Made by a program: the position numbers and the translations under genes
NCBI RefSeq assembly: GCF_039654945.1
Contig: NW_027361825.1
Span: 2,542,001 to 2,606,000 of the forward strand
DNA from: Dendrobates tinctorius
Taxonomy: Eukaryota
DNA length: 64,000 bases
Direction of reading: 5' to 3'
In this document: piece after piece, positions 39,054 through 51,246 of the stretch
Layout: every line of letters begins with the position of its first letter
Numbering within the stretch: the first letter of the stretch is position 1
The notes under the pieces: generated by a model
What the model saw: the letters and a program-made list of their open reading frames with translations, nothing else
What the model was told of the DNA's origin: nothing
The model's database searches: none

Positions 39054-39228
39054 CTGCAAGAAATATGTCAATATGAAGTAATATAAAGAGTATTAAAGCA
39101 CTGTCCCCTCATCTCACGATTCCTCTGATACAAAGATCAGGTCTACACCATCTACTTTATCTTCTAGCAGTGACAATATGTGACCACCAAACTGGACTCA
39201 TTTTGAAATAGACACCCCCTTTAAATAG

Positions 39229-40050
39229 AAAAATATTCAGAATTGCGAGTCCTCAGTGGTTGATACCTTTTAATGGCTAACTGAAAAGATGGTAACACAT
39301 TGCAAGCTTTGGAGACTACTCAGGTCTCTTCATCAGACATAGACTAATAATAATAATTGATCTAATGTGGTGTACTTAATTATTTGTACTAGATGTCCAA
39401 CTGGGGGTCTGTATGTGGGGGAGACAGGGCAAAAGCTTAGAACAAGGATGAATGCTCATCGTCACACAATAAGAGAAAAAATAATGGATCTACCTGTGGC
39501 AAAACATTTTTGTATGCCTGATCACAGCCCAGGGATATGAAATTACTGATATTGAAAGGTAACTTCACATCTCAGAGAGAGAGAAGAGTCTGTGAGTATA
39601 AATTTATGACGACCTTTGACACTCTCAATGCTGGAATGAATGTGTCGCATGGATTTATGTCTTTTTACATCAGTTAAGGAATTTGCTCCGAAGACCTTGT
39701 GGGGGCATCACAACACATTAGGAGACCCCAATCAGAGGACAATAAAACATCCGGACTCCTTATCTATGAACTGGTCCAATGTTTATGTTTCTCCCTCTCC
39801 CATAATCATAATTCTGCTTCACGTCACTTGTCTCATCTATTGCATTTTTTCTGTGCTGTATTGTGCATAAATATGTGACTCTTCAGATTTTGTATTAGTC
39901 TATGCCTGATGAAGAGACCTGAGTAGTCTCGAAAGCTTGCAATGTGTTACCATCTTTTCAGTTAGCCATTAAAAGGTATCAACCACTGAGGACTCTCAAT
40001 TCTGAATATTTTTCTATCTACTGGCTAACACGGTACAAAGATATACATCT
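39229..40050 (+). mobile_element. 5'-truncated Penelope-like element with GIY-YIG endonuclease remnant and inverted pLTR copy
   Basis: 39361-~39675 reads SNVVYLIICTRCPTGGLYVGETGQKLRTRMNAHR...GMN; ~123-bp inverted repeats (39227-39349 / 39893-40015); 13-bp TSD CCCCTTTAAATAG (39216-39228, 40051-40063). Confidence 0.9.
39901..39942 (+). ncRNA. Minimal type I hammerhead ribozyme motif of the Penelope pLTR
   Basis: TGC-CTGATGA-A-GAGAC/GTCTC stem II-GAAA-GCTT (palindromic AAGCTT helix III)-GCA; conserved core intact. Confidence 0.75.
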
Positions 40051-40481
40051 CCCCTTTAAATAGGCACTTAAAGCTCCTCCATGATTTTCCATAAATGCTG
40101 GAGAGATAAGAGTCCTCACTTAAGGACGCTTGCCTAATGGCATGGTAGCGGTCCGATATTCCCCATTCTTGGCCGCTGCATTGTTTCTTTCTGTAGATCC
40201 CATAGACTTTAATGAATTGTGTACGGCCATCGTTCCAAACAGAGACCAGTGACTGGGGAGGGGGGACCAGCATGTCTTCTTATAGCTGGTCACGTGAGTA
40301 AGCTATCAATGATGACAATGGGCAAAACAAGGCCCTTCTAAAAATCAGTTGATCGACGCCGATCGAGTAGCTGACATGTCAGATGTAAGCAGTTATTTCA
40401 AGAAAATCAGTGCAGGATCGAGTATTTCTCATGCAGTTGCTTGCAAGTAGAGGACTCTTGTAAGTAGAAATCTCCTCTTAC

Positions 40482-40605
40482 CGGGTGGTGTGAGGGGTCG
40501 GGGGTCCTCCATCAGGACGTCCTTGTACTGGTCCTTGTGTTCTTCCATATACTCCCACTCCTCCATGGAGAGATAAACAGTGATGTCCTCATACCTCACA
40601 GGGAC
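40482..40605 (-). CDS. ZNF-A exon 3, KRAB-A-like box ([34 protein letters not shown])
   Basis: TGTCAG acceptor, GTAAGA donor, 124 nt; DxxVYxSxEEW...YKDVxxE KRAB-like motif. Confidence 0.92.
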
Positions 40606-40679
40606 CTGACAACACAACGATCCCGTCATCACCCAAACATTAACCGCATGATGCTGCATTATGTCCCAGCAGAGCTCAC

Positions 40680-40868
40680 CTCTCCGCTCAGCAGCTCAGT
40701 GATCTTGTTGCTGAGTTGTATTATCTTCTGTGCATTCCCGTTCTCATATATAAGTGACTGATGAGGAGGAGACACGACTGTGTCCTGGATTGTGCCCCGT
40801 CCTCCTGACACACAGGGAAGTACACCGGGGGTTACATGTTTATCCGACTTCTTCACTACAGTATAATC
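40680..40868 (-). CDS. ZNF-A exon 2, FAX-type region (DYTVVKK...[17 protein letters not shown])
   Basis: GCAG acceptor, GTGAGC donor, 189 nt, phase 0 to 0. Confidence 0.9.
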
Positions 40869-40914
40869 CTGCGTACGGAGAGAAAAGTGATTAATATAAC
40901 GTCAATCCACCCTC

Positions 40915-43900
40915 ATCTCTGCATACTGTCATGGCCAGAGAAATACAGATAAGTGATGTCAGGTGACATTTCCCAGAATCCCCCACCTCTACAGTCATGT
41001 CACGGCCTTAGTAATACAGATAAGTGATGTCATGTGACATGTTTCCCAGAATCCCTCACCTCTGCAGTCTTGTCACGGCCTTAGCAATACAGATAAGTGA
41101 TGTCATGTGACATATTTCCCAGAATCCCCCATCTCTGCAGTCATGTCATGGCCTTAGTAATACAGATAAGTGATGTCATGTGACATATCTCCCAGAATCC
41201 TTCACCTCTGCAGTCATGTCATGGCCTTAGTAATACAGGTAAGTGATGTCATGTGACATAATTCCCAGAATCCCTCACCTCTGCAGTCATGTCATGGCCT
41301 CAGTAATACAGATAAGTGATGTCATGTGACATATCTCCCAGAATCCCTCACCTCTGCAGTCATGTCACGGCCTTAGTAATACAGATAAGTGATGTCATGG
41401 GACATATCTCCCAGAATCCCTCACCTCTGCAGTCATGTCATGGCCTTAGTAATACAGATAAGTGATGTCATGGGACATATTTCCCAGAATCCCTCACCTC
41501 TGCAGTCACGTCACAGCCTTAGTAATACAGATAAGTGATGTCATGTGTGTGACGGAGTCAGCTTACGCTGAGTCGTTTTCTTTAGAATGGACCCTCTGGG
41601 TCGTGGCACCCACCCACCTAGGGCGAGCTTGTGAGGAACCACCCCCTATACAGGGAGTGTCAGGGGCAAGACCAAGGGGATGAGCCACCACGACTGCTGG
41701 AACCAGACGGCCGGCTCAAGGGAGACACAAGTATCTGACGACAAAGGACATGCAGGAAGCAAGACAGGACAAGACGTGAATTCAAGGTATCTTCATTAAG
41801 GCAAACTCAGGGTTACATCAGGTGCAAAACGTGACAACAGGTCAAACACAGTAAGGTGCGTGCGAGGGCACGCCAAGGGTCCATAACATGGTACGTGCTA
41901 GATGGCACGCCTAGGTACAAGCAAGGCTCGATGGCATCGGACTCCGGACAGCTGGCAACGATCGACAGGACCAGGGCATCAGGCTGCGGACATCAGCTCC
42001 GGACATCAGGCCACAGTCATCAGGCTTACAATCTCTGGCAGCGATCAGCAGGTTCCGGGCATCCGGCAGGCAAACCAGGGTTCAGGCAAGGAGGCACGAC
42101 AGATCTCCAGACATGGTGTGTGTTAGGGAACACACCAAAGTCCAAGGCAAAGTTCCAGGCAGGGTGCGTGCTAGGGGAACACCAGGGCAAGGTGCAAGGC
42201 AAGGTGCGTGTGTAGGGGACAAGCCAGGGTTCAAAGTACGAGACACGGTGCGTGTGTAGAGGACACACCAGGGTTCAAAGTTCAAAGTACAAGACATGGT
42301 GCATGTGTAGGGACACGCCAGGGTTCAAGATCCAAGGCAAGGTCCTGCTCTTGCCGAGGGACACGCCAGGGTCAGGGTACAAGGCATAGTCCTGCGCGTG
42401 CAGAGGGACACGCCAGGGTCAGGTTCAAGTCAGGAGCCTACGCATGCTGGGAGACCCGCCAGGGTTCAGGCTAAGGCAAGGGCCTGCGCGTGCAAGAGGG
42501 CACGACAGGGTACAGGCTAGGGCCTGTGCATGCAAGAGGGCACGACAGGGTATAGGCTAGGGCCTGTGCGTGTTAGAGGGCACGACGGTACATGGCAAGA
42601 CCTGCGCGTAATTTTACAGAAGCACGGGGAGGTATGCCAAAGAGCAGGCTAAAGCCTGCGCGTGCTATTAGAGAAGCACGCAATGCACAGTGCGAGACAG
42701 CGTAGGTGCAAGGAAGCACAGAGAGCACGGCTGAGGCACTGGCTAGCTGGTCGGGCTGAGGCACAGACAGACGGGCAAGACTGAGGCGAACCTGGCTGAG
42801 GCATAACAGGCGACACAGCAGTCAATGGCCGACGAGCACGGCTGAAGCACAAGCAGGCGGGCACGGCTAGGGCGGGCACGGCTGAGGCACAAACAGGAGG
42901 CTAAGGAAGGCCAGGCGCATGCAAAGGGCACACGAAGAAACAAAGCAAGGCAAGAAACAAGGCAAGACTAGGCAAAGTACAGAACAAGGAGCGGAACATA
43001 GGCAGAAGCACAGGCCGGGTCAGAGAGAGTAAAGGGCTAGCAGCGGAGCGTAGGCCGAAGCCCAGAGCCGGGTCAAGGGAGAACCTTGAGACTAGCCAGG
43101 AAATGTGCTAGCGAGCACCATAGGACAGAGTCTAGCAGCGGAGCGTAGGCTGAAGCCCAGAGCCGGGTCAAGGCAGAACCTTGAGACTAGACATGGAGTG
43201 TGCAAGAGAGCACCATAGGGCAGAGTAAGGAAAACCAGGCAGAGACAGAGAACGTGGAAGTACTACAAGGCTCAGAATAGCAAAGGCCAGACATGGCAAA
43301 ACAGGCAAGGCAGAGAACAGAGGAAGGACTACAAGTCAAAGAATAGCTAAGGCGAGACATAGCAAAACAGGCTAAGGCAGAGAACACAGGAAGGACTATA
43401 AGTCTAAGAATAACAAGGACAAACATGGCACAAAAGACAACACAAGACATGGCACGAGACAAGAGGCAGAATACAAGCACAGAGCGTGTGCAGAGAAGCA
43501 TTACAGGGCAGAGTGCAGAGGCACAGAATACAGGGAGCGACCGAGCAGACCAAGCAACCATGCAGGGAAGCAACACGATACTGAGGCCCCGACCATAGGA
43601 AGGGGCGGTCTGATATAGGGCATTAGAATCTGCACTTCCGGGTCAGGACCAGGAGAGGACTTCCGGTTTAGTTCCTCCAGGATCATAGAGAGCATTGCTA
43701 GATAAGACAGGGCTGAACCATAGAGAAGGTCACATGATCAAGGGCTCCAGAAACACTGAGAGGTTAGCTGGGTCAGACAGTGCTGGAACATAGGAAAGGT
43801 CACATGATCAGGGGCACCAGGAACACAGGATTGCTGCAGGCAGAGCAGAGACGGCTGGTTACACAGCAACGGCGTATAGCCATGAGGTAAAACACACATG

Positions 43901-46900
43901 CGCAGAGGCAGGCAGCCATGAGATGAGGCGCACGTGCACACTGCTCCAGGCATCTTGCAGCACAGCAGTCACGAGGTGTGTGCGCACACTGCTTCCAGGG
44001 ATCTTGCAGCATAAGACATAACGGGCATGATAGTTCGGTGCGCGTGCACACTGCTCCAGGGGTCATGCAGCATAACAGACATAGCAGGCATGATAGTTCG
44101 GTGCGTGTGCACACTGCTCCAGGGTTCATGCGCCATAACAGACATGGCGGGCATGACAATGTGACATATTTCCCAGAATCCCTCACCTCTGCAGTCATTT
44201 CACGGCCTTAGTAATAAAGATAAGTGATGTATGTCATGTGACACATTTCCCACAATCCCTCACCTCTGCAGTCATGTCACGGCTTTAGTAATACAGATAA
44301 ATGATGTCATGTGACATATTTCCCAGAATCCCTCACCTCTGCAGTCATGTCACGGCCTTAGTAATACGGATAAGTGATGTCATGGGACATATTTCCCAGA
44401 ATCCCTCACCTCTGAAGTCATGTCACAGCCTTAGTAATACAGATAAATGATGTCATTTGACACATTTCCCACAATCCCTCACCTCTGTAGTCATGTCACG
44501 GCTTTAGTAATACAGATAAGTGATGTCATGTAACACATTTCCCACAATCCCTCACCTCTGCAGTCATGTCACGGCCTTAGTAATACAGATAAGTGATGTC
44601 ATGTGACACATTTCCCACAATCCCTCACCTCTGCAGTCATGTCACGGCCTTAGTAATACAGATAAGTGATGTCATGTGACACATTTCCCACAATCCCTCA
44701 CCTCTGCAGTCATGTCACGGCCTTAGTAATACAGATAAGTGATGTCATGTGACACATTTCCCACAATCCCCCACCTGTGCAGTCATGTCACGGCCTTAGT
44801 AATACAGATAAGTGATGTCATGTGACACATTTCCCACAATCCCTCACCTCTGCAGTCATGTCACGGCTTTAGTAATACAGATAAGTGATGTCATGTGACA
44901 CATTTCCCACAATCCCTCACCTCTGCAGTCATGTCACGGCCTTAGTAATACAGATAAGTGATGTCATGTGACACATTTCCCACAATCCCTCACCTCTGTA
45001 GTCATGTCACGGCCTTAGTAATACAGATAAGTGATGTCATGTGACACATTTCCCACAATCCCTCACCTCTGCAGTCATGTCACGGCCTTAGTAATACAGA
45101 TAAGTGATGTCATGTGACACATTTCCCACAATCCCTCACCTCTGCAGTCATGTCACGGCCTTAGTAATACAGATAAGTGATGTCATGTGACACATTTCCC
45201 ACAATCCCTCACCTCTGCAGTCATGTCACGGCCTTAGTAATACAGATAAGTGATGTCATGTGACACATTTCCCACAATCCCTCACCTCTGCAGTCATGTC
45301 ACGGCCTTAGTAATACAGATAAGTGATGTCATGTGACACATTTCCCAGAATCCCTCACCTCTGCAGTCATGTCACGGCCTTAGTAATACAGATAAGTGAT
45401 GTCATGTGACACATTTCCCAGAATCCCTCACCTCTGCAGTCATGTCACGGCCTTAGTAATACAGATAAGTGATGTCATGTGACACATTTCCCACAATCCC
45501 CCACCTGTGCAGTCATGTCACGGCCTTAGTAATACAGATAAGTGATGTCATGTGACACATTTCCCACAATCCCTCACCTCTGCAGTCATGTCACGGCCTT
45601 AGTAATACAGATAAGTGATGTCATGTGACACATTTCCCACAATCCCTCACCTCTGCAGTCATGTCACGGCCTTAGTAATACAGATAAGTGATGTCATGTG
45701 ACACATTTCCCACAATCCCTCACCTCTGCAGTCATGTCACGGCCTTAGTAATACAGATAAGTGATGTCATGTGACACATTTCCCACAATTCCTCACCTCT
45801 GCAGTCATGTCACGGCCTTAGTAATACAGATAAGTGATGTCATGTGACACATTTCCCACAATCCCTCACCTCTGCAGTCATGTCACGGCCTTAGTAATAC
45901 AGATAAGTGATGTCATGTGACACATTTCCCACAATTCCTCACCTCTGCAGTCATGTCACGGCCTTAGTAATACAGATAAGTGATGTCATGTGACACATTT
46001 CCCACAATCCCTCACCTCTGCAGTCATGTCACGGCCTTAGTAATACAGATAAGTGATGTCATGTGACACATTTCCCACAATCCCTCACCTCTGCAGTCAT
46101 GTCACGGCCTTAGTAATACAGATAAGTGATGTCATGTGACACATTTCCCAGAATCCCTCACCTCTGCAGTCATGTCACGGCCTTAGTAATACAGATAAGT
46201 GATGTCATGTGACACATTTCCCACAATCCCCCACCTGTGCAGTCATGTCACGGCCTTAGTAATACAGATAAGTGATGTCATGTGACACATTTCCCACAAT
46301 CCCTCACCTCTGCAGTCATGTCACGGCCTTAGTAATACAGATAAGTGATGTCATGTGACACATTTCCCACAATCCCTCACCTCTGCAGTCATGTCACGGC
46401 CTTAGTAATACAGATAAGTGATGTCATGTGACACATTTCCCACAATCCCTCACCTCTGCAGTCATGTCACGGCCTTAGTAATACAGATAAGTGATGTCAT
46501 GTGACACATTTCCCACAATTCCTCACCTCTGCAGTCATGTCACGGCCTTAGTAATACAGATAAGTGATGTCATGTGACACATTTCCCACAATCCCTCACC
46601 TCTGCAGTCATGTCACGGCCTTAGTAATACAGATAAGTGATGTCATGTGACACATTTCCCACAATCCCTCACCTCTGCAGTCATGTCACGGCCTTAGTAA
46701 TACAGATAAGTGATGTCATGTGACACATTTCCCACAATCCCTCACCTCTGCAGTCATGTCACGGCCTTAGTAATACAGATAAGTGATGTCATGTGACACA
46801 TTTCCCACAATCCCTCACCTCTGCAGTCATGTCACGGCCTTAGTAATACAGATAAGTGATGTCATGTGACACATTTCCCACAATCCCTCACCTCTGCAGT

Positions 46901-47046
46901 CATGTCACGGCCTTAGTAATACAGATAAGTGATGTCATGTGACACATTTCCCACAATCCCTCACCTCTGTAGTCATGTCACGGCCTTAGTAATACAGATA
47001 AGTGATGTCATGTGACACATTTCCCACAATCCCTCACCTCTGCAGT
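40915..47046. repeat. 73-bp minisatellite (~48 copies) filling ZNF-A intron 1, split by a solo LTR
   Basis: Unit starts at 44841 and 44914; blocks ~40915-41547 and 44159-47046. Confidence 0.95.
41548..44158. mobile_element. 2.6-kb non-coding LTR-like insert (giant solo LTR) made largely of internal tandem repeats
   Basis: TGTGAC...ATGACA termini; perfect 5-bp TSD ATGTG (41543-41547, 44159-44163); no retroviral motifs. Confidence 0.8.
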
Positions 47047-47115
47047 AAGCAGGTAAATGATCTCCAGGGTGAGATTTATTATCGTCTCAGTCATTTTGTT
47101 TTTGTCCTTTTCCAT
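47038..47115 (-). CDS. ZNF-A first coding exon (MEKDKNKMTETIINLTLEIIYLLTAE)
   Basis: FAX-type LTLEIIYLLT(G/A)E motif; GTGAGG donor; six exons sum to 1443 nt = 480 aa plus stop. Confidence 0.9.
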
Positions 47116-48268
47116 TTTGGTTGGATCATTCCTGAAAAAAAAATATCTTGTTGAGGAGACGTGAAAGGGAATAAGGCAGTAATGTGAATTAAAAACCATG
47201 TTGGCGAGGATGCTACAGTCTGTAATTTGGAATGCCCCTTTAACCCTTCACCTCTAAAGTGCAGCAGTCCGGACAGGCAGGTGGCCGGTAGACCTGCAGC
47301 AGAGAAAACTGGGATTACATGTAGCAAGCAGCGGAATCAGGGTCCCCGCCCCTATATCATGCTGCTCTCAGATTACATAGCAAAAATCTGGTGACTGATT
47401 CCTTCTAAGGAAGCGCTATCTCCGGTCACTGCTGTTACAGGCAGGTGCTGGCTTCACACACCCGACACCTGATGTACATGTACGTCACGAAGAGGTAACT
47501 GTGCATTGATTGTGAGGGATGATGACGTCTGTACAGCGCTGCAGAATATGGCGGTGCTATACAAACAAGCATGCTAAGAATGCACCCAAGCAGCTCATGT
47601 GTCACGTACCGTGATCGGTTCCGTACTTGGTTGTGCTCTGTATTATAGGGGATGCAGGACCTTTGGTGATGTCACGATGAGGGAGGAGTCACAGTAAGGG
47701 GGCTGGGTGGGGTTGCCGTGGTAACGGGAGCTCTTCTCCAATGCTTGTCTGCTGCAGGACCTTAGAAGATGTCGCGAGCTCGTCCTCCTCCCACGTGTGG
47801 TCACATGATGGTGACAGCGGCACAGGTCCTGTGGCCCCCGTGATCAGTACCGGGGCTCGTGGAGGTATTTCTGGCATTGTTATTCATGAGTCATTATTTT
47901 TGAGGGTCTTATACAGAATAGTGGAGGGAGTGAGAGATTTCCACGTAATATTGTATGAGGTCCGTCTACGACACCGTGGTGCTCCGATACACAGTGTAGT
48001 ACATAAACAGTAATGCCAGGAAAAAGGCTAATCATAGTGCCCAGTGATCTGTGCTGCCATACAGGGCCCTGGGAGCGCCCAAATAGTGCTCAGTACTATG
48101 TACCGCCATACAGTGGCCATATAGATGTCTATATAGTGCGAATCATCGCCCCAAAATCGGGAACATGGCCGACATGACACCTGACACTCAGACTTATTCA
48201 GGTGGCGCCCACTGGTCATGTGTTCAGGTATTATGGCCACAAGACCTGGATCGATAGTGATGTAAGGC

Positions 48269-49770
48269 TGGGGGAGGACAGAGGAGTTTAGGGAGGACAG
48301 AGGAGACTAGAGGAGGACAGAGGAGTCTGGGGGAGGACAGAGGAGACTGGGGGAGGACAGAGGAGACTGGGGGAGGACAGAGGAGACTGGGGGAGGACAG
48401 AGGAGACTGGGGGAGGACAGAGGAGGCTGGGAGAGGACAGAGGAGACTGGGGGAGGACAGAGGAGACTGGGGGAGGACAGAGGAGTTTAGGGAGGACAGA
48501 GGAGACTAGAGGAGGACAGTGGCGTCTGGGGGAGGACAGAGTAGACTGGGGAGTACAGAGGAGTCTGGGGAAGACAGAGGAGTCTGGAGGAAGGCAAGAA
48601 TGTGAAGGAGGACAGAGGAGTCTGGGGGAAGGACAGAGGAGTGTGGAGGAGGACAGAGGAGTCTGGGAGAGGGCAGAGGAGATTGAGAGAGGACAGAAGA
48701 GTCTGGAGGGAGAACATAGGAGACTGGGGAGGACAGAGGAGTCTGGGGGAGGACAGAGGAGACTGGGGGAGGACAGAGGAGTCTGGGGGAGGACAGAGGA
48801 GACTGGGGGAGGACAGAGGAGACTGGGGGAGGACAGAGGAGACTGGGGGAGGACAGAGGAGTCTGGAGGAGGACAGAGGAGACTGGGGGAGGACAGAGGA
48901 GACTGGGGGAGGACAGAGGAGACTGGGGGAGGACAGAGGAGACTGGGGGAGGACAGAGGAGACTTGGGGAGGACAGAGGAGACTTGGGGAGGACAGAGGA
49001 GACTTGGGGAGGACAGAGGAGACTGGGGGAGGACAGAGGAGACTGGGGGAGGACAGAGGAGTCTGTGGGAGGACAGGAGACAGGGGGAGGACAGAGGAGA
49101 CAGGGGGAGGACAGAGGAGTCTGGGGGAGGACAGAGGAGTCTGGGGGAGGACAGAGGAGTCTGGGGGAGGACAGAGGAGACTGGGGGGAGGACAGAGGAG
49201 ACTGGGGGAGGACAGAGGAGACTGGGGGAGGACAGCGGAGACTGGGGGAGGACAGCGGAGACTGGGGGAGGACAGAGGAGACTGGGAGAGGACAGAGGAG
49301 ACTGGGGGAGGACAGAGGAGTCCGGAGGAGGACATAGGAGTTTAGGGAGGACAGAGGAGACTAGAGGAGGACAGAGGAGTCTGGGAGAGGGCAGAGGAGA
49401 TGGAGAGAGGACAGAAGAGTCTGGAGGGAGAACATAGGAGTCTGGGGGAGGACAGAAAAGACTGGGGAAGGACAGAGGAGACTTGGGGAGGACAGAAGAG
49501 TGTAGAGGACAGATGAGACTGGGGGAGGACAGAGGGGTCTAGGGGAGGACAGAGGAGTCTGGGGGAGGTCAGAGGAGTGTGGAGGAGGACAGAGTAGACT
49601 GGGGAGTACAGAGGAGTCTGGGGAAGACAGAGGAGTCTGGGGAAAGGCAAGAATGTGGAGGAGGACAGAGGAGTCTGGGGGAAAGCAGAGGAGTATAGGG
49701 GAGGACAGACGAATCTGGAGGAGAAAAGAAACATCTGGGAGAGAACAGAGGAGTCTGGAGGAGGACAGAA
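48269..49770. repeat. 20-bp purine/G-rich minisatellite (GGGGGAGGACAGAGGAGACT)n between the divergent ZNF genes
   Basis: About 75 variably degenerate units; strong purine strand bias. Confidence 0.95.
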
Positions 49771-50437
49771 TCTGGTAGCCGCTCTGTCACGCAGGAGCGC
49801 TAGGCTGAGCTGAGTGTTACTGAGTTTTGGGAGTTGAGCGAGACAGCTGTGAAATGAATGATTTTTTGACTAACAGATATCTAATGTGTATGGCGGCTTA
49901 AAAAGCTATTCCGTCTTCACAGATAGATATTGTCGGATAGCACTCAATAAACATCTTGTAAGTACTGTGCATTTTCTGCCATCTAGCAGTAGTGGTCGGT
50001 CTCCTAGGCAACTAGCTGAAAACTAATGAAAAGTGTTAAAAGAACGGTTGAAAATTGTAATAATGAAAAATTACAAAATGGCTTGTATTTACAAGCACCA
50101 TCTGACAACAGACATGTAAGATAGGAATAACTCATTAATTTGACAGATCTCATGGGCACCGAAGAAACGGCCCAGAACTGCGTTCCTAGACGTTTCCTCT
50201 GCCATACTGCTTGACAGAGGAAACTTCTGCCTACATCCGACACTGGTGCTCTCTATGTGCTGCCAGTTTTTGCACAAACATACAGGCATTATAGGGTGAG
50301 CGGGTCCCGGATAGCACCACTCTTATCCATGGTTGTGTCTGGCATTACAGCTCGGATTATAGCAATTCTCGGGGTTTAGATTCTCTTATCTAGTTTTTTC
50401 GTCATCCACAAAAATCTTGCCCTTTTCCTGACAGAAG

Positions 50438-50515
50438 ATGGACAAGGACAGGAACAACAAGATGGAGGAGATATTGGACCTGACCCTGGAGATCATCTAC
50501 CTGCTGACTGGAGAG
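50438..50515 (+). CDS. ZNF-B first coding exon (MDKDRNNKMEEILDLTLEIIYLLTGE)
   Basis: FAX-type motif; GTGAGT donor; paralogous to ZNF-A exon 1 (both 78 nt). Confidence 0.9.
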
Positions 50516-50591
50516 GTGAGTGCTTCTGACGTTATTCTTACCTGTATTAATAAAGCCAGGACTGGAGGTGATTGTGCCTCTTCATACACAG

Positions 50592-50765
50592 GGTTACACG
50601 CTAGTGAGGAAAGCTGGTGAGAGTATGACTCTGAGCTCTGATCGCCATGTGTCAGGAGGGTGGAGCGAGAGTCGAAGCCCACCGCCATCACCGATACACG
50701 AGAGGAGCAGTGAGCAGAAGATCGTGGAGATCACCAATAAGATCCTGCAGGTGGTGACCGGAGAG
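50592..50765 (+). CDS. ZNF-B exon 2 (GYTLVRK...[18 protein letters not shown])
   Basis: CACAG acceptor, GTGAGC donor, 174 nt, phase 0 to 0. Confidence 0.9.
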
Positions 50766-50836
50766 GTGAGCGCTGCCGGGAACGCCAGGACCATATAGAA
50801 TGTGTCTGCGTGATGACAGGATCGTTGTGTTGTCAG

Positions 50837-50960
50837 GTCCCTCTGAGGTGTGAGGACGTCACCGTCTATCTCTCCATGGAGGAGTGGGAGTATATGGAAG
50901 GACACAAGGACCAGTACAAGGACGTCCTGATGGATGACCCCCGGCCCCTCACACCACCGG
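50837..50960 (+). CDS. ZNF-B exon 3, KRAB-A-like box ([34 protein letters not shown])
   Basis: TGTCAG acceptor, GTAAGA donor, 124 nt, phase 0 to 1. Confidence 0.92.
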
Positions 50961-51246
50961 GTAAGAGGAAATATTGGACGGAGAGGATCTTAGGGTCTCT
51001 GTGTTATCAAAGTGCAGCATTCAGCATTCATGATACTCCCTATCCTGGTCATCTTGGTAAGTGAGCACCAGGCCCTGGCTGTCTGGAGTAAGAGAGCATC
51101 TGGGAGAATATGGGCTCTTCAAGGATTACTTGTTTTTATCCGCATTGTATACATCTTCTGCTTGGAATCCCCCTGAAGAAGCGCTAAAAACTGTAAAAAA
51201 GAATTACCGTATGCACACAATATTAGGACAACTTGCTGTGCACATG

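Noticed and set aside
41856-44211. Many short Cys/Leu- or Arg/Gly-rich ORFs
   Set aside because: By-products of skewed internal repeats in the LTR-like insert; no domain motifs or splice support
40915-47046. CRISPR-like regular array
   Set aside because: Head-to-tail identical units with no unique spacers, no cas genes, and a vertebrate intron context
48487-49790. Long ORFs (282, 264, 247 aa) of PQSPLSSP / GGGQRRLGEDRGD repeats
   Set aside because: Translations of a stop-free 20-bp minisatellite, open in several frames on both strands
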